Notes under the pieces: generated by a model
What the model saw: only the letters and a program-made list of their open reading frames with translations
What the model was told of the DNA's origin: nothing
The model's database searches: none
Program-made: the position numbers and the translations under genes
Shown: piece by piece, positions 55,067 through 64,000 of the stretch
How positions within the stretch are numbered: the first letter of the stretch is position 1
Layout of the letters: each line of letters starts with the position of its first letter
NCBI GenBank assembly: GCA_021831595.1
Contig: JAKBMK010000020.1
Coordinates: 2,801-66,800, forward strand
Direction: 5' to 3'
DNA: 64,000 bases
Source: a bacterium
GTDB lineage: Bacteria; Patescibacteriota; Minisyncoccia; Phycocordibacterales; UBA9973

Positions 55067-55885
55067 ATGAACAATACTTGCAATTCTAGTGAAATAAATG
55101 AAGAGAAGAAAGCATTTTATGAATTGGTATATACCTCTCTTTCAGAGGCTATCAAGATCTTAGAAGAGAGACAAAAAGATAAAGATCTCATAGAAAAAAT
55201 AGATAAAATCTTGAATAATAACATACCTGAACCTCTCAAAAAAATTGATAAAAATGGAGTTTTGTTCAGACAGGTTGCTACACCAAACTTTGAGGCTAGA
55301 TGGTTTATTGAGCTTACAAGAGATCATGGCCTTAAAACTAACTTTTTTGAATATCATTCAGATAAATTTACATCAAATAACTACTACAAACATTCTTTGG
55401 GTCAGTTAAGAGTACATAAAGATAAACATAACAAAAACGGAGATAATATAGAAGAAAAAATAACAATTGTTGATTTTGCTAAATATGATGGCAAAAAATT
55501 AAAAGAAGTTTACACCACATGGAATGAACCACTAATTTCATTTCATAAAAAAATATTTGATGTTTACAAATACAACCCTAAACAATTATTTTTTTATGAT
55601 ATAACAGACTGGCTAAAAATTAGCGGGGAAAAAGCAGTAGATTATTATACAAATTTTATATTATTATTTATTTGCAGAGGTATCTTATTTGAAAATTTTT
55701 TGTTTGCTGATAGTGAGGGTGATTTTACAAAAAAAATACTTCTTCCTGCTTTTAAAAGAGCCCAGGAAATATCCGGAATTAAACCATTAGTAGTTCCAAT
55801 TCCTCCAATGGATCCAGATATTGAAGAAGATATGCACTGGCATTCTTATCATCCAATTATAAAGTCATTAATAAAAAATATATGA
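55067..55885 (+). CDS. Hypothetical soluble protein coupled to the sensor kinase
   Basis: 272-aa ORF with motif-like RQVATPNFE, EYHSDKF, HSLG, GILFENF; ATGA overlap with the kinase. Confidence 0.65.
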   Translation: MNNTCNSSEINEEKKAFYELVYTSLSEAIKILEERQKDKDLIEKIDKILNNNIPEPLKKIDKNGVLFRQVATPNFEARWFIELTRDHGLKTNFFEYHSDKFTSNNYYKHSLGQLRVHKDKHNKNGDNIEEKITIVDFAKYDGKKLKEVYTTWNEPLISFHKKIFDVYKYNPKQLFFYDITDWLKISGEKAVDYYTNFILLFICRGILFENFLFADSEGDFTKKILLPAFKRAQEISGIKPLVVPIPPMDPDIEEDMHWHSYHPIIKSLIKNI

Positions 55886-57585
55886 TTGAATTTGATCCAC
55901 TTTTAAATACCTGTTACATTCTTACAAATGGTAGTATACGCACATTAGCTTATTATTCTCACTTAATTCCAATTTTTTTCTCACTAAGTTTGGCCTTGTT
56001 GGTTTTTATTAAAGCCCCTAAAAACATTCTCTCAAAAGTCTTTTTAGCTTTTTCAATTGTATTTTCTTTTTGGCTAGTAGCAGATCTTATAACATGGGTT
56101 TCAAATAATTATTCTTTAGTTTATGCATTTTGGGCACCAGTGGACTACATAGAAACGATTATGTATATTCTTGGCTTATATTTTGCGATGGTCTTTGTCA
56201 ATGGATCTGATATTTCATGGTTTAAAAAAATATTATTATTTCTAATAACAATTCCTCCATTTTTTATCACTATAACTCAAAAATCTGTGTTAGGTTTTAC
56301 CCATCCTGTGTGTGAAGCTGTTAACAATGGCTTTTTATTAAATTATAGATTTGCAATTGAAATATTATCTATAATAATTATTTTAATTTATGCAATAAAT
56401 CCATTCTTCATAAAAAAGTTAAAGGAGTTTAGAAAATCTAGATTTATAGTATTGGGATCCATGTTTTTGTTTTTAACAGTTTTTGGGGCAACGTCTTACC
56501 TTTCAGCTTCAACAGGGTATTATGAACTTAATCTATATGCACTTTTCGTAATTCCTTTATTCTTAATAGCAATAATACATAGTATTTTTAGTTTGGATAT
56601 TTTTAAGGTCAAAATAGTTGGTACTTATTTTATCGTTATAGGCTTTATTATTTTAATGGGTACCCAGTTACTATTTATTACAAGTGCTACAAACAAATTA
56701 TTGACTATATTAACCTTATTGTTGTCTATGATTTTAAGTTTCATCCTTTTTAAAAACCTCAAAAAGGAAACGGATCAAAGAATATATATTGAAAAACTTT
56801 CTGAAGTTATAAAACAATCAAAAAAACAAGTAGAAGAAACCAATGACAAGCTTGAAAAAGCTAATGAAAAACTTAAAGGATTGGATAAGCTAAAGACGGA
56901 ATTCGTTTCGCTCGCTTCCCATCAACTTCGTAGTCCTTTAACAGCTATTAAGGGCTATGCTTCTATGCTTATGGAAGGAGATTATGGAGATATAAGTAAA
57001 GAAGCCAAAGAGGCCATCGATCGTATGTATGAATCGAGTAAAAATCTGACTATTGTTGTAGAAGACCTTCTAAATGTTACAAAAATTGAATCAGGTGGAA
57101 TGAAATATGAAATGGTGATATTTGACTTGTCTCAAGTTGCAGAAGATGAAGCCAAAGATTTCACTATGGCAGCAGAAAAGAAAGGATTGAAATTAAACTT
57201 TGAAAAAGATGAAAGTACTTACTGTACTGTAAATGGAGATAAAGAAAAGATCCGACAAATTATAATTAACTTTATAGATAATTCCATCAAATATACTAAA
57301 GAAGGAAAAGTAAATATTTCCGTAAGAAATAAAGGGGACAAAGTACTGTTTTGTGTAAAAGATACAGGCGTAGGTATGTCTGAAGAGATAAAAGAAAGCC
57401 TATTTCATAAGTTTGCTCGTGGAGATGGTTCAAGGATGAACACTACTGGCTCTGGACTCGGACTATATCTAGCTAAACAAATAGTAGAGGCTCATCATGG
57501 CCGTGTCTGGGTAGAATCCGATGGTCCAGGCAAGGGTTCAGCCTTCTACATGGAGCTCAAAGCCGAATGCTGTAAAGCAGAATAA
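55882..57585 (+). CDS. Multi-TM sensor histidine kinase
   Basis: 7TM-type N-terminus; ASHQLRSPLT H-box, NFIDNSIKY N-box, DTGVG, GSGLGL. Confidence 0.93.
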   Translation: MIEFDPLLNTCYILTNGSIRTLAYYSHLIPIFFSLSLALLVFIKAPKNILSKVFLAFSIVFSFWLVADLITWVSNNYSLVYAFWAPVDYIETIMYILGLYFAMVFVNGSDISWFKKILLFLITIPPFFITITQKSVLGFTHPVCEAVNNGFLLNYRFAIEILSIIIILIYAINPFFIKKLKEFRKSRFIVLGSMFLFLTVFGATSYLSASTGYYELNLYALFVIPLFLIAIIHSIFSLDIFKVKIVGTYFIVIGFIILMGTQLLFITSATNKLLTILTLLLSMILSFILFKNLKKETDQRIYIEKLSEVIKQSKKQVEETNDKLEKANEKLKGLDKLKTEFVSLASHQLRSPLTAIKGYASMLMEGDYGDISKEAKEAIDRMYESSKNLTIVVEDLLNVTKIESGGMKYEMVIFDLSQVAEDEAKDFTMAAEKKGLKLNFEKDESTYCTVNGDKEKIRQIIINFIDNSIKYTKEGKVNISVRNKGDKVLFCVKDTGVGMSEEIKESLFHKFARGDGSRMNTTGSGLGLYLAKQIVEAHHGRVWVESDGPGKGSAFYMELKAECCKAE

Positions 57586-57620
57586 TTAAAATGCGTTAGG
57601 CTAGCCCTAACGCATTTTAA
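57586..57620. terminator. Bidirectional terminator between kinase and cysS
   Basis: TTAAAATGCGTTAGG-CTAGC-CCTAACGCATTTTAA. Confidence 0.8.
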
Positions 57621-57622
57621 GA

Positions 57623-58816
57623 TTAAATTTTATCTAATCCAAAACCAAAAACTTTATCAAAATCAAGTAATGTAGCTTTCTTATCGGTAGGAGAGAGTTC
57701 TTTATTTTTTAGAATCTCCCAAACCAGAGATAAAGCTCGAGCTGTATTTAAATTGTCATCCATATATTCGACAAAACGAGTCTTATAGTTCACATCAACA
57801 ATTCCGATACCATCTCCGAGGGCTATATAGCCTTTTTTAAGACGCTCCAAAGCTACTTGTGCGCCTTTTATGGTCTCAAGTGTAAAGTTTACTTTGGTTG
57901 AGTAGTTGGAAGTATATAGCCAAAGTCTGAACGCAAGAGGATCAATTCCTTTTTCTATCAAATCTTTCAGTGTATAAAAGTTGCCAAGAGACTTAGACAT
58001 CTTTTTACCGTCTACCAAGAGATGCTCATTGTGCATCCAATATTTTACAAATTCTTTACCTGTTACGCATTCTGATTGCGCTATTTCATTTTCATGGTGG
58101 GGGAATATATTGTCTACACCACCAGTATGGATATCAAAACTCTCGCCGAGTTCTTTCATACTCATAGCAGAACATTCTATGTGCCACCCAGGGCGTCCTT
58201 TACCTAAGCTTGTCTCCCAAAAAACATCTCCATCTTTCTCATCCCAAGCTTTCCACAAGGCAAAATCTTGAGCGTTTTCCTTATCATATTCATCATTTTT
58301 TAATCGTCCCAAAGCATTTTCTTTCAAATCTTTTAAATCAAAACCGGACAATTTGCCATATTCTTTGTCTTTATGAATATCAAAATAGACAGACCCGTCA
58401 GTAGTTTTGTAAGCAAAACCTTTCTCTATTAAAATCTCTATTAGCTTTACCATTTCATTTATGAACGAAGTTGCCTTAGTGTAAATATCAGCCTTCACTA
58501 TGTTAAGTAAATCAAGATCTTTAAAGAAAGCTTCTATATAAAACGAAGTGAAATCAACCAAACTCTTATTTTCATTCTGTGATTCACGGATAGTTTTATC
58601 ATCCACATCTGTAATATTCATGACATGCTTCACGTTATATCCACTATATTTAAGATAACGTTTTAGCATATCGCCAAATATATAAGCTCTAAGGTTTCCA
58701 ATATGAGCATATGAATAAACTGTTGGCCCACATGTATACAGACCAACTTCTCTATCTTTAATTGATTTGAATTCTTCTTTTTCTCTTGATAATGTATTAA
58801 ATAATTTTAAAGCCAT
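57623..58816 (-). CDS. cysS: Cysteine--tRNA ligase, short C-terminus
   Basis: CGPTVY, HIGN, GRPGWHIECS, FPHHENE, KMSKS. Confidence 0.96.
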   Translation of the reverse strand: MALKLFNTLSREKEEFKSIKDREVGLYTCGPTVYSYAHIGNLRAYIFGDMLKRYLKYSGYNVKHVMNITDVDDKTIRESQNENKSLVDFTSFYIEAFFKDLDLLNIVKADIYTKATSFINEMVKLIEILIEKGFAYKTTDGSVYFDIHKDKEYGKLSGFDLKDLKENALGRLKNDEYDKENAQDFALWKAWDEKDGDVFWETSLGKGRPGWHIECSAMSMKELGESFDIHTGGVDNIFPHHENEIAQSECVTGKEFVKYWMHNEHLLVDGKKMSKSLGNFYTLKDLIEKGIDPLAFRLWLYTSNYSTKVNFTLETIKGAQVALERLKKGYIALGDGIGIVDVNYKTRFVEYMDDNLNTARALSLVWEILKNKELSPTDKKATLLDFDKVFGFGLDKI

Positions 58817-59301
58817 ATAAAAATGATAGAAATGATGATTAATATAATAATGTATATATTTCGATTTTTGATTTTTTTATTTCTGTCTATAATCTGATGC
58901 TTAAGTTTTTCTATTTGTTTGTGACTGTGTGATAGTTCAATTTCTCTATTTTTAAATAAATTTTTAAGTAAATGAGCAAAGAGTACCTTGTTGCTATTTA
59001 TCTTTTCTATCGAAACCATGTCTATTTCTAGCTCTTTGGATGCTGTCGTAAAGGCTGGCATCGGACACTCGTGTATACTTAGGATAAACTTGTCACAAAC
59101 AACAAAAGTTATTTTATTATCTATGGAAGTATAGATAAAGTCATAAATCACCTCGAATTTATCGGCCTTGTTCTTACTATAAAGTAAATCTTTTATATTT
59201 GGAGGTACTGAATACTCATCTATGATATGCTCTATTTCTCCATCGGTAGGAGACTCTATATCTACCCAATTCAAATCCTTATGATTATACTTTGATATCA
59301 T
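58807..59301 (-). CDS. CorA N-terminal-like fragment with C-terminal coiled coil and one TM
   Basis: LNWVDIESPT..EIEHIIDEY resembles the CorA N-terminus; no GMN motif. Confidence 0.45.
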   Translation of the reverse strand: MISKYNHKDLNWVDIESPTDGEIEHIIDEYSVPPNIKDLLYSKNKADKFEVIYDFIYTSIDNKITFVVCDKFILSIHECPMPAFTTASKELEIDMVSIEKINSNKVLFAHLLKNLFKNREIELSHSHKQIEKLKHQIIDRNKKIKNRNIYIIILIIISIIFIWL

Positions 59302-59364
59302 ATATTACATAGTATACAGTGCCACTTGCATTTTTGCCAACTTTTGTGTATTATATGGTCTGTT

Positions 59365-59727
59365 ATGGCAACAAAGACAAAAGCAACAAAAAAGGAAGTT
59401 AAAGACAGCAAAGAATTTGCAGTTATTTTTACAGGGGGAAAGCAATACAAAGTTGCTGTTGGGGACGTCCTTAAAATCGAGAAATTGGAAGGGGATTTTC
59501 AAGCAGGAGACAAGATAACCTTTGACAAGGTCTTACTCGTGGACAACGGAGTAGATACAACCATTGGTAATCCTTATATCACAGGAGCAAAAGTAGAATC
59601 ACTCTTTCAGAAAGCAGGTAAGCGTCCTACCGTTACAGTTGTTAAATACAAACAAAAGAGTAGATACCTGAAGAAGAACGGCCATCGCCAACCATTCATA
59701 GAAGTTAAAATATCAGCAATCAAATAG
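59365..59727 (+). CDS. rplU: 50S ribosomal protein L21
   Basis: FAVIFTGGKQYKVAVGD, IGNPYI, GHRQPF. Confidence 0.96.
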   Translation: MATKTKATKKEVKDSKEFAVIFTGGKQYKVAVGDVLKIEKLEGDFQAGDKITFDKVLLVDNGVDTTIGNPYITGAKVESLFQKAGKRPTVTVVKYKQKSRYLKKNGHRQPFIEVKISAIK

Positions 59728-59733
59728 ACATTT

Positions 59734-59762
59734 AAAATAAGCCCTACAAGAGGGCTTATTTT
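59734..59762 (+). terminator. Terminator after rplU
   Basis: AAAATAAGCCCT-ACAAG-AGGGCTTATTTT. Confidence 0.75.
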
Positions 59763-59851
59763 TTATTAAAAAGATGTTGTTTTTTTTAATTTGATGTTAT
59801 AATACATATAGTCGTTATAAACAATAAGTTTTTTAATCTATCATCATAACT

Positions 59852-62071
59852 ATGAAAAATCTAGCAAAGTTATCGTTTGTCGGTATTATTTTTATTTTTT
59901 CTTTACTTTTATCTAGTAATGTATCTGCCACTACTGTAAAAGCAACTGCTATAAAAGCTAAACCAGCAGAAGCTATAATCCTAGCTGAAGTTAATATTCA
60001 AAATGCCAAAATTGATAAACAGGACAACAATAATTTTGATATATCTTTTTCGCTTTCAAATGGTAAGGGTCTTCAGACGGGAGTAAAATATGGAGTAGAG
60101 CTAATTTCTAAGTCAAAAAAGATTCAAACTGTCGTTGATGAAAAGATATATGATGAATCTCTAACCTTGCACGAGAACTCATCTGTAGAGAAAACCATCA
60201 AATATACAGCTCCAAATATGCTAGATGGGGTGTACTCTTTGTTCTTAACCAGCAAAAACGAAGCAAATTTCCCCTTCAGTACAGCTTATTTGGGTGAAGT
60301 TAGAATTAAACCAGTAATGAGAGGCCTTGCTATCGACCCTCTCTCTTGTGTCTATTATGTAAATAATTCAAAAGATAAGTCCCTTTATTTAATAAATCAA
60401 GTTGTAGACATAGACACAACTGAATCTCTTGGGATCAAATGCGTAACTTTTAATAGTGGAAGCAAAGAAGTGCAAGTAACCCCTTCTTTTGTTACGAATG
60501 AAAAAAGTGTTTATGGAAAAATTGTTAAAACTGATACAGGAGATACAAAGACAGAAACATTCAAAGCCCTCGAGAAGAAAGTTATCTCCTTTACTTTGCC
60601 AAAAGCTTCACTCCCAGGTTTATATTTCTTGACAATGGGGTTAAAGCAAGACAAAGAAGAGGTCTCTAACACCATAAGCTTAACTTATTTAATTAGGGGT
60701 AATATTGCAAGTATCAATAATCTATTCCTAGACAAAGATTACTATCGCGAGGGCGATGTCGCCAATACATCATTCATGTGGAGCAAGGTGGAAGGCAAAT
60801 TACTTCGAGGAAGTTCTCCAAAGGATTCACCAATAACACTAACTGCTACTATTAAAGATTATAACAATAACAACTGTGCAAAACCTGTCACTGAAAATCT
60901 TGTTCGTGATTTATCAAAACCTAAAACAGAATTATTGATAAATATTACAAAGAATTGCTTTAACCCAACCATTACTCTCACCCTAAGGGATAGCTCTAAT
61001 ACTGTTCTCGATGAAAAAAGCTTTACAGTGCAAACTGTTTCAGTGAAGAAGCCAATAAATACAACGCCATTCATTATTATTGCATTATTAATATTAGCTG
61101 TAGCTATCTTTTATATGTATAAGAAGAATAAAAATACTATTAACCCTGGAACAAATAATAATATTAAAATAAATATTTTAATATTATTTGTGTTCTTGTT
61201 TGGAACGTTATTATTCACAAATAATGCTTATGCTGGTAGTTATTATGAACAGATGACTATCGGTAGTGCTTCTTGTTATATTGCATACAGTGCAAGTATA
61301 GACAAACCAACTGGTTATATAACCAATGATACACTGACAGCAAGTGCTACTATCGGCGCATGTGGCTGCAATGATGGTAGAGCTGCTTCTTGCGGAATAC
61401 AATCAACAGTGGCTCAGGGTGGAAGTTTGCTAAACCCTACATCTCCACAAACACTAAGTACTATGGAGACAGGAGGTGGATGTCCTGGCTCATATTCGTA
61501 TCAATTACCTAGCTGGGGTGGTAGTGGACAAGTCAACTTTATTTCGTCAATTAATGGTTCTTATGGAGGAACGGGCATTGCTTTTACTGTCTCAACTCCT
61601 CCCGCTGTCGGTTTGAATGTTTGGGCTGATAATAACGTTATAACTTTAGGATCACAAGCACATATTAATTGGGCTTCTACAAATGCAACATCGTGTATAT
61701 CTACCGATGGTGGCACTTATGACACACGTTTATCCGGAGATTACTACAACACGCCAACAGCCGACAAAACATACTCAGTTACTTGTTTTGGAGCAGGTGG
61801 AACTAATATTGTTAAGTCTACAACGGTTTATGTAACGACACCAACTCCAACAGTTAGGGCGTGGAAAAATAGCGCTGGATCAATTCCTTATAATACAACA
61901 GATACAATATATTGGAGTTCAACAAATGCCACAAGTTGTAGTTGTTATTACTATAATACTCAAAATTCAGGGAACTGTCCGGGTTTCCCAACACCAGGAG
62001 GAACAAGTGGTCAATTTGATACACCAAGTTTACTATCCAATACCACCTATAATTTTTCCTGCTCTAATTAA
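59852..62071 (+). CDS. Secreted/membrane protein with Ig-like beta domains and an internal double hydrophobic segment
   Basis: N-terminal signal; TM near aa 405-422; second signal-like segment ending AYA; C-terminal W-x-STNATSC repeats. Confidence 0.65.
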   Translation: MKNLAKLSFVGIIFIFSLLLSSNVSATTVKATAIKAKPAEAIILAEVNIQNAKIDKQDNNNFDISFSLSNGKGLQTGVKYGVELISKSKKIQTVVDEKIYDESLTLHENSSVEKTIKYTAPNMLDGVYSLFLTSKNEANFPFSTAYLGEVRIKPVMRGLAIDPLSCVYYVNNSKDKSLYLINQVVDIDTTESLGIKCVTFNSGSKEVQVTPSFVTNEKSVYGKIVKTDTGDTKTETFKALEKKVISFTLPKASLPGLYFLTMGLKQDKEEVSNTISLTYLIRGNIASINNLFLDKDYYREGDVANTSFMWSKVEGKLLRGSSPKDSPITLTATIKDYNNNNCAKPVTENLVRDLSKPKTELLINITKNCFNPTITLTLRDSSNTVLDEKSFTVQTVSVKKPINTTPFIIIALLILAVAIFYMYKKNKNTINPGTNNNIKINILILFVFLFGTLLFTNNAYAGSYYEQMTIGSASCYIAYSASIDKPTGYITNDTLTASATIGACGCNDGRAASCGIQSTVAQGGSLLNPTSPQTLSTMETGGGCPGSYSYQLPSWGGSGQVNFISSINGSYGGTGIAFTVSTPPAVGLNVWADNNVITLGSQAHINWASTNATSCISTDGGTYDTRLSGDYYNTPTADKTYSVTCFGAGGTNIVKSTTVYVTTPTPTVRAWKNSAGSIPYNTTDTIYWSSTNATSCSCYYYNTQNSGNCPGFPTPGGTSGQFDTPSLLSNTTYNFSCSN

Positions 62072-62202
62072 ATTTCATATCAATAAAGCACCTAGATACC
62101 TGGGTGCTTTCTTGGTATATATCCAATGTATTGACAATTAAATCTAAAAGTCATACAATACAATTGAATATGTATATTGTCAAATCTTTATAATATCAAG
62201 CC

Positions 62203-63117
62203 ATGAAAAAGATCAGATTACTTTTGATTATCTTTGCAGGCTTTTTTGTGAGCTGCAAAGGAGTGGTTGAGGATGTAGTAATTCCTCAGCCTGAAGTTCT
62301 TCTGGCTGTTGCAACCCCTGCAACAGTTAAGTACAACGGAAGCTCTACAGTAACTTGGCAATTAAAAAATGCTAAATATTGTGAAGTTTCGGTGAATGGA
62401 GTTGTTAAACCTGTAAGCGGATATTCTATCAGTCTTCAAAACCTGGTAGCTCCGACTTCTGTCGTAATCACAGCTATAGGTGACAACTTTTCATTAAGAT
62501 CCTCTACTACTGTGACCATACCAGTGGAAGCAGCTCCTACACCTTCATTAGTTATAACTGCCCCAACAGGCATTATTCCTTATGCAGGTACTGCGACATT
62601 TTCTTGGACTCTTGGTGACTTTACTACTAACGTTAGTGTCGATGGAGTAAATCAAACAGGAACATCTTTTAAAACCCCTGTTTTGTTAAACTCTAAAGAC
62701 TATAATCTGGTAGCAACCGGACCAGGAGGAAGTCAGAACTACAAAATTACCATCAGTGTTGCAAGTTGGGAAAGTTCTAAATTAGGACTTATCACTTACA
62801 AGCCGTGGTATTTGGTTAAATCTGAAAAACGTAACCTAACTCCTACTACTAGCGATTGGTATAATATGATACCTGATCCAAGTACCATTACAGATCATTT
62901 AGTCTTTAGTGTTGACTACAAGTTGCGTTATTTTGATGTAAATGAAGTTTTGTTTGGAGGGCCATACGACTGGTATTTCACAGGAAGTGGATTACAAGTT
63001 GTAAAAGGAACTCTCTACTCATCTGTGATTGTTAATAAAGATAATTTAGTACTCATTGGTACGTCACTAGGGTTTGGCACAACATCAGAAGTAAGAGACA
63101 CATATGTACACAAATAA
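62203..63117 (+). CDS. Putative lipoprotein with Ig-like repeats
   Basis: MKKIR + hydrophobic + FVSC; two TxTW..V repeats; lipocalin-like WYLVK C-terminal region. Confidence 0.6.
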   Translation: MKKIRLLLIIFAGFFVSCKGVVEDVVIPQPEVLLAVATPATVKYNGSSTVTWQLKNAKYCEVSVNGVVKPVSGYSISLQNLVAPTSVVITAIGDNFSLRSSTTVTIPVEAAPTPSLVITAPTGIIPYAGTATFSWTLGDFTTNVSVDGVNQTGTSFKTPVLLNSKDYNLVATGPGGSQNYKITISVASWESSKLGLITYKPWYLVKSEKRNLTPTTSDWYNMIPDPSTITDHLVFSVDYKLRYFDVNEVLFGGPYDWYFTGSGLQVVKGTLYSSVIVNKDNLVLIGTSLGFGTTSEVRDTYVHK

Positions 63118-63137
63118 TGTGTAATGTGTCTAATTTA

Positions 63138-63177
63138 TATAAAAGGTTATCATCGCAAGATTGATAACCTTTTTATA
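63138..63177 (+). terminator. Intrinsic terminator
   Basis: TATAAAAGGTTATCA..GCAA..TGATAACCTTTTTATA. Confidence 0.65.
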
Positions 63178-63252
63178 ATTGACAAACTTGTAAATAAATT
63201 ATAATGTAAAAAAAATAAGTAATTTAAACATTAAATCTTTAAAAATAAAGTT

Positions 63253-63507
63253 ATGGCAAAAGAATTACAGAATGAGGTTGTGTTTGTGCAACTAACGAAG
63301 AGAACCATAGTTGACGAAGTACGTACAAAAACTAAATATGGATCTCCTGAATGGAAGGAAGAGGTAAAAAAACAAATTGGCAAGGCACAAGTTCTAGACT
63401 ATGCCGGAATTAAATTTGCTTTATCTTCTAATCTTGGAGTGTTCACAATTATGGTTAGTGAAAAAGATTCAAAAGAAGCTACAAGACTTTTGGAAAACAT
63501 TAAATAG
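63253..63507 (+). CDS. Hypothetical protein
   Basis: 84-aa ORF with a promoter-like upstream region and a downstream hairpin. Confidence 0.55.
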   Translation: MAKELQNEVVFVQLTKRTIVDEVRTKTKYGSPEWKEEVKKQIGKAQVLDYAGIKFALSSNLGVFTIMVSEKDSKEATRLLENIK

Positions 63508-63543
63508 ATTTAAAGCGTTAGCTCTGTGCTAACGCCTTATTTT

Positions 63544-63999
63544 TTATGCTCTATTCCTTAATGCATTCTTAATCGTTTCTGAGTCAGAGTATTCAAGTTC
63601 TGTGCCAGTGGAAAGTCCACGACCGAGAGAGACAATGTTTAGCTTAAATTTATCTTGAAGAGGAGTAAGGAGCTCTCTTAAATACATATCCGTATGTTCA
63701 CCCTGAGGATTGAGAGACAAAGCGATGATGACTTCCTTAAGACCAGACCCGCCTTGACTCGTAGGCGAGGCAGGTTCTTTTGCTTGAAGCTCAACATTTC
63801 GAAGTAATTCTTTTGTTCGAACATAATTTGGAGTATCTTTACTGACTATTGGAACCAAACCACCAAGTATAAAATACATACCACTATAATTTTTACTTCT
63901 TTTGATATTTTCATAGTCTGCATCTTTTTCAACAATCAAGAGGGAAGTCTTGTCTGTTTTTATATTACTACAAGTATCACAAAGCTGATCCTCTTTTGA
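63544..63999 (-). CDS. recR: Recombination protein RecR (5' end beyond window)
   Basis: Frame open to window edge with CDTC; LIVEK, YFILGG, EVIIALSLNPQGEHT, LGRGLSTGTELEYSD. Confidence 0.93.
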   Translation of the reverse strand, partial: SKEDQLCDTCSNIKTDKTSLLIVEKDADYENIKRSKNYSGMYFILGGLVPIVSKDTPNYVRTKELLRNVELQAKEPASPTSQGGSGLKEVIIALSLNPQGEHTDMYLRELLTPLQDKFKLNIVSLGRGLSTGTELEYSDSETIKNALRNRA

Positions 64000-64000
64000 T

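Noticed and set aside
1-64000. tRNA, rRNA, tmRNA or transposase genes
   Set aside because: No cloverleaf, rRNA-like stretch or DDE/HUH transposase ORF was recognised by eye; a covariance-model scan would be needed to exclude small RNAs.

Overview
AT-rich, gene-dense chromosomal segment that looks like a Patescibacteria (CPR, Parcubacteria-like) genome. Evidence for that assignment: shortened AlaS/CysS/MltG/HolB, many genes whose ATG follows a -10 box by only 5-8 nt, PaaX/Cas2-like regulators, and a sigma70-r4/HARE-HTH protein. Housekeeping content: priA, mreB, holB-like, frr, rseP, typA, mltG, mnmA, alaS, mgtC/mgtA, infA-rpmJ-rpsM-rpsK-rpsD-rpoA-rplQ-rplM-rpsI, grpE...dnaK-dnaJ, cysS, rplU, recR (partial). 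Accessory content: (i) a ~10.6-kb phage-tail-fibre-like modular surface protein gene, split by one frameshift, lying between grpE and dnaK with two PaaX/Cas2-like genes, one of them bracketed by near-identical 34-bp palindromes; (ii) an apparently complete aspartate-semialdehyde route to spermidine (speA-like, SMR exporter, lysC, asd, CASDH, nspC, speB) with structured leaders; (iii) an orphan trpB under a Trp-Trp leader-peptide attenuator; (iv) an EamA / Cys-rich / unknown / sensor-kinase module. The most striking non-genic signal is a ~118-bp inverted-repeat element present twice (before priA and before mltG). Its right end supplies the AT of the start codon, the two copies show compensatory base changes, and it has two mutually exclusive folds. 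Several other palindromic inserts occur, some in-frame inside mnmA, nspC and recR. I recognised no rRNA, tRNA, CRISPR array or transposase. All calls come from reading the sequence; no database searches were run.
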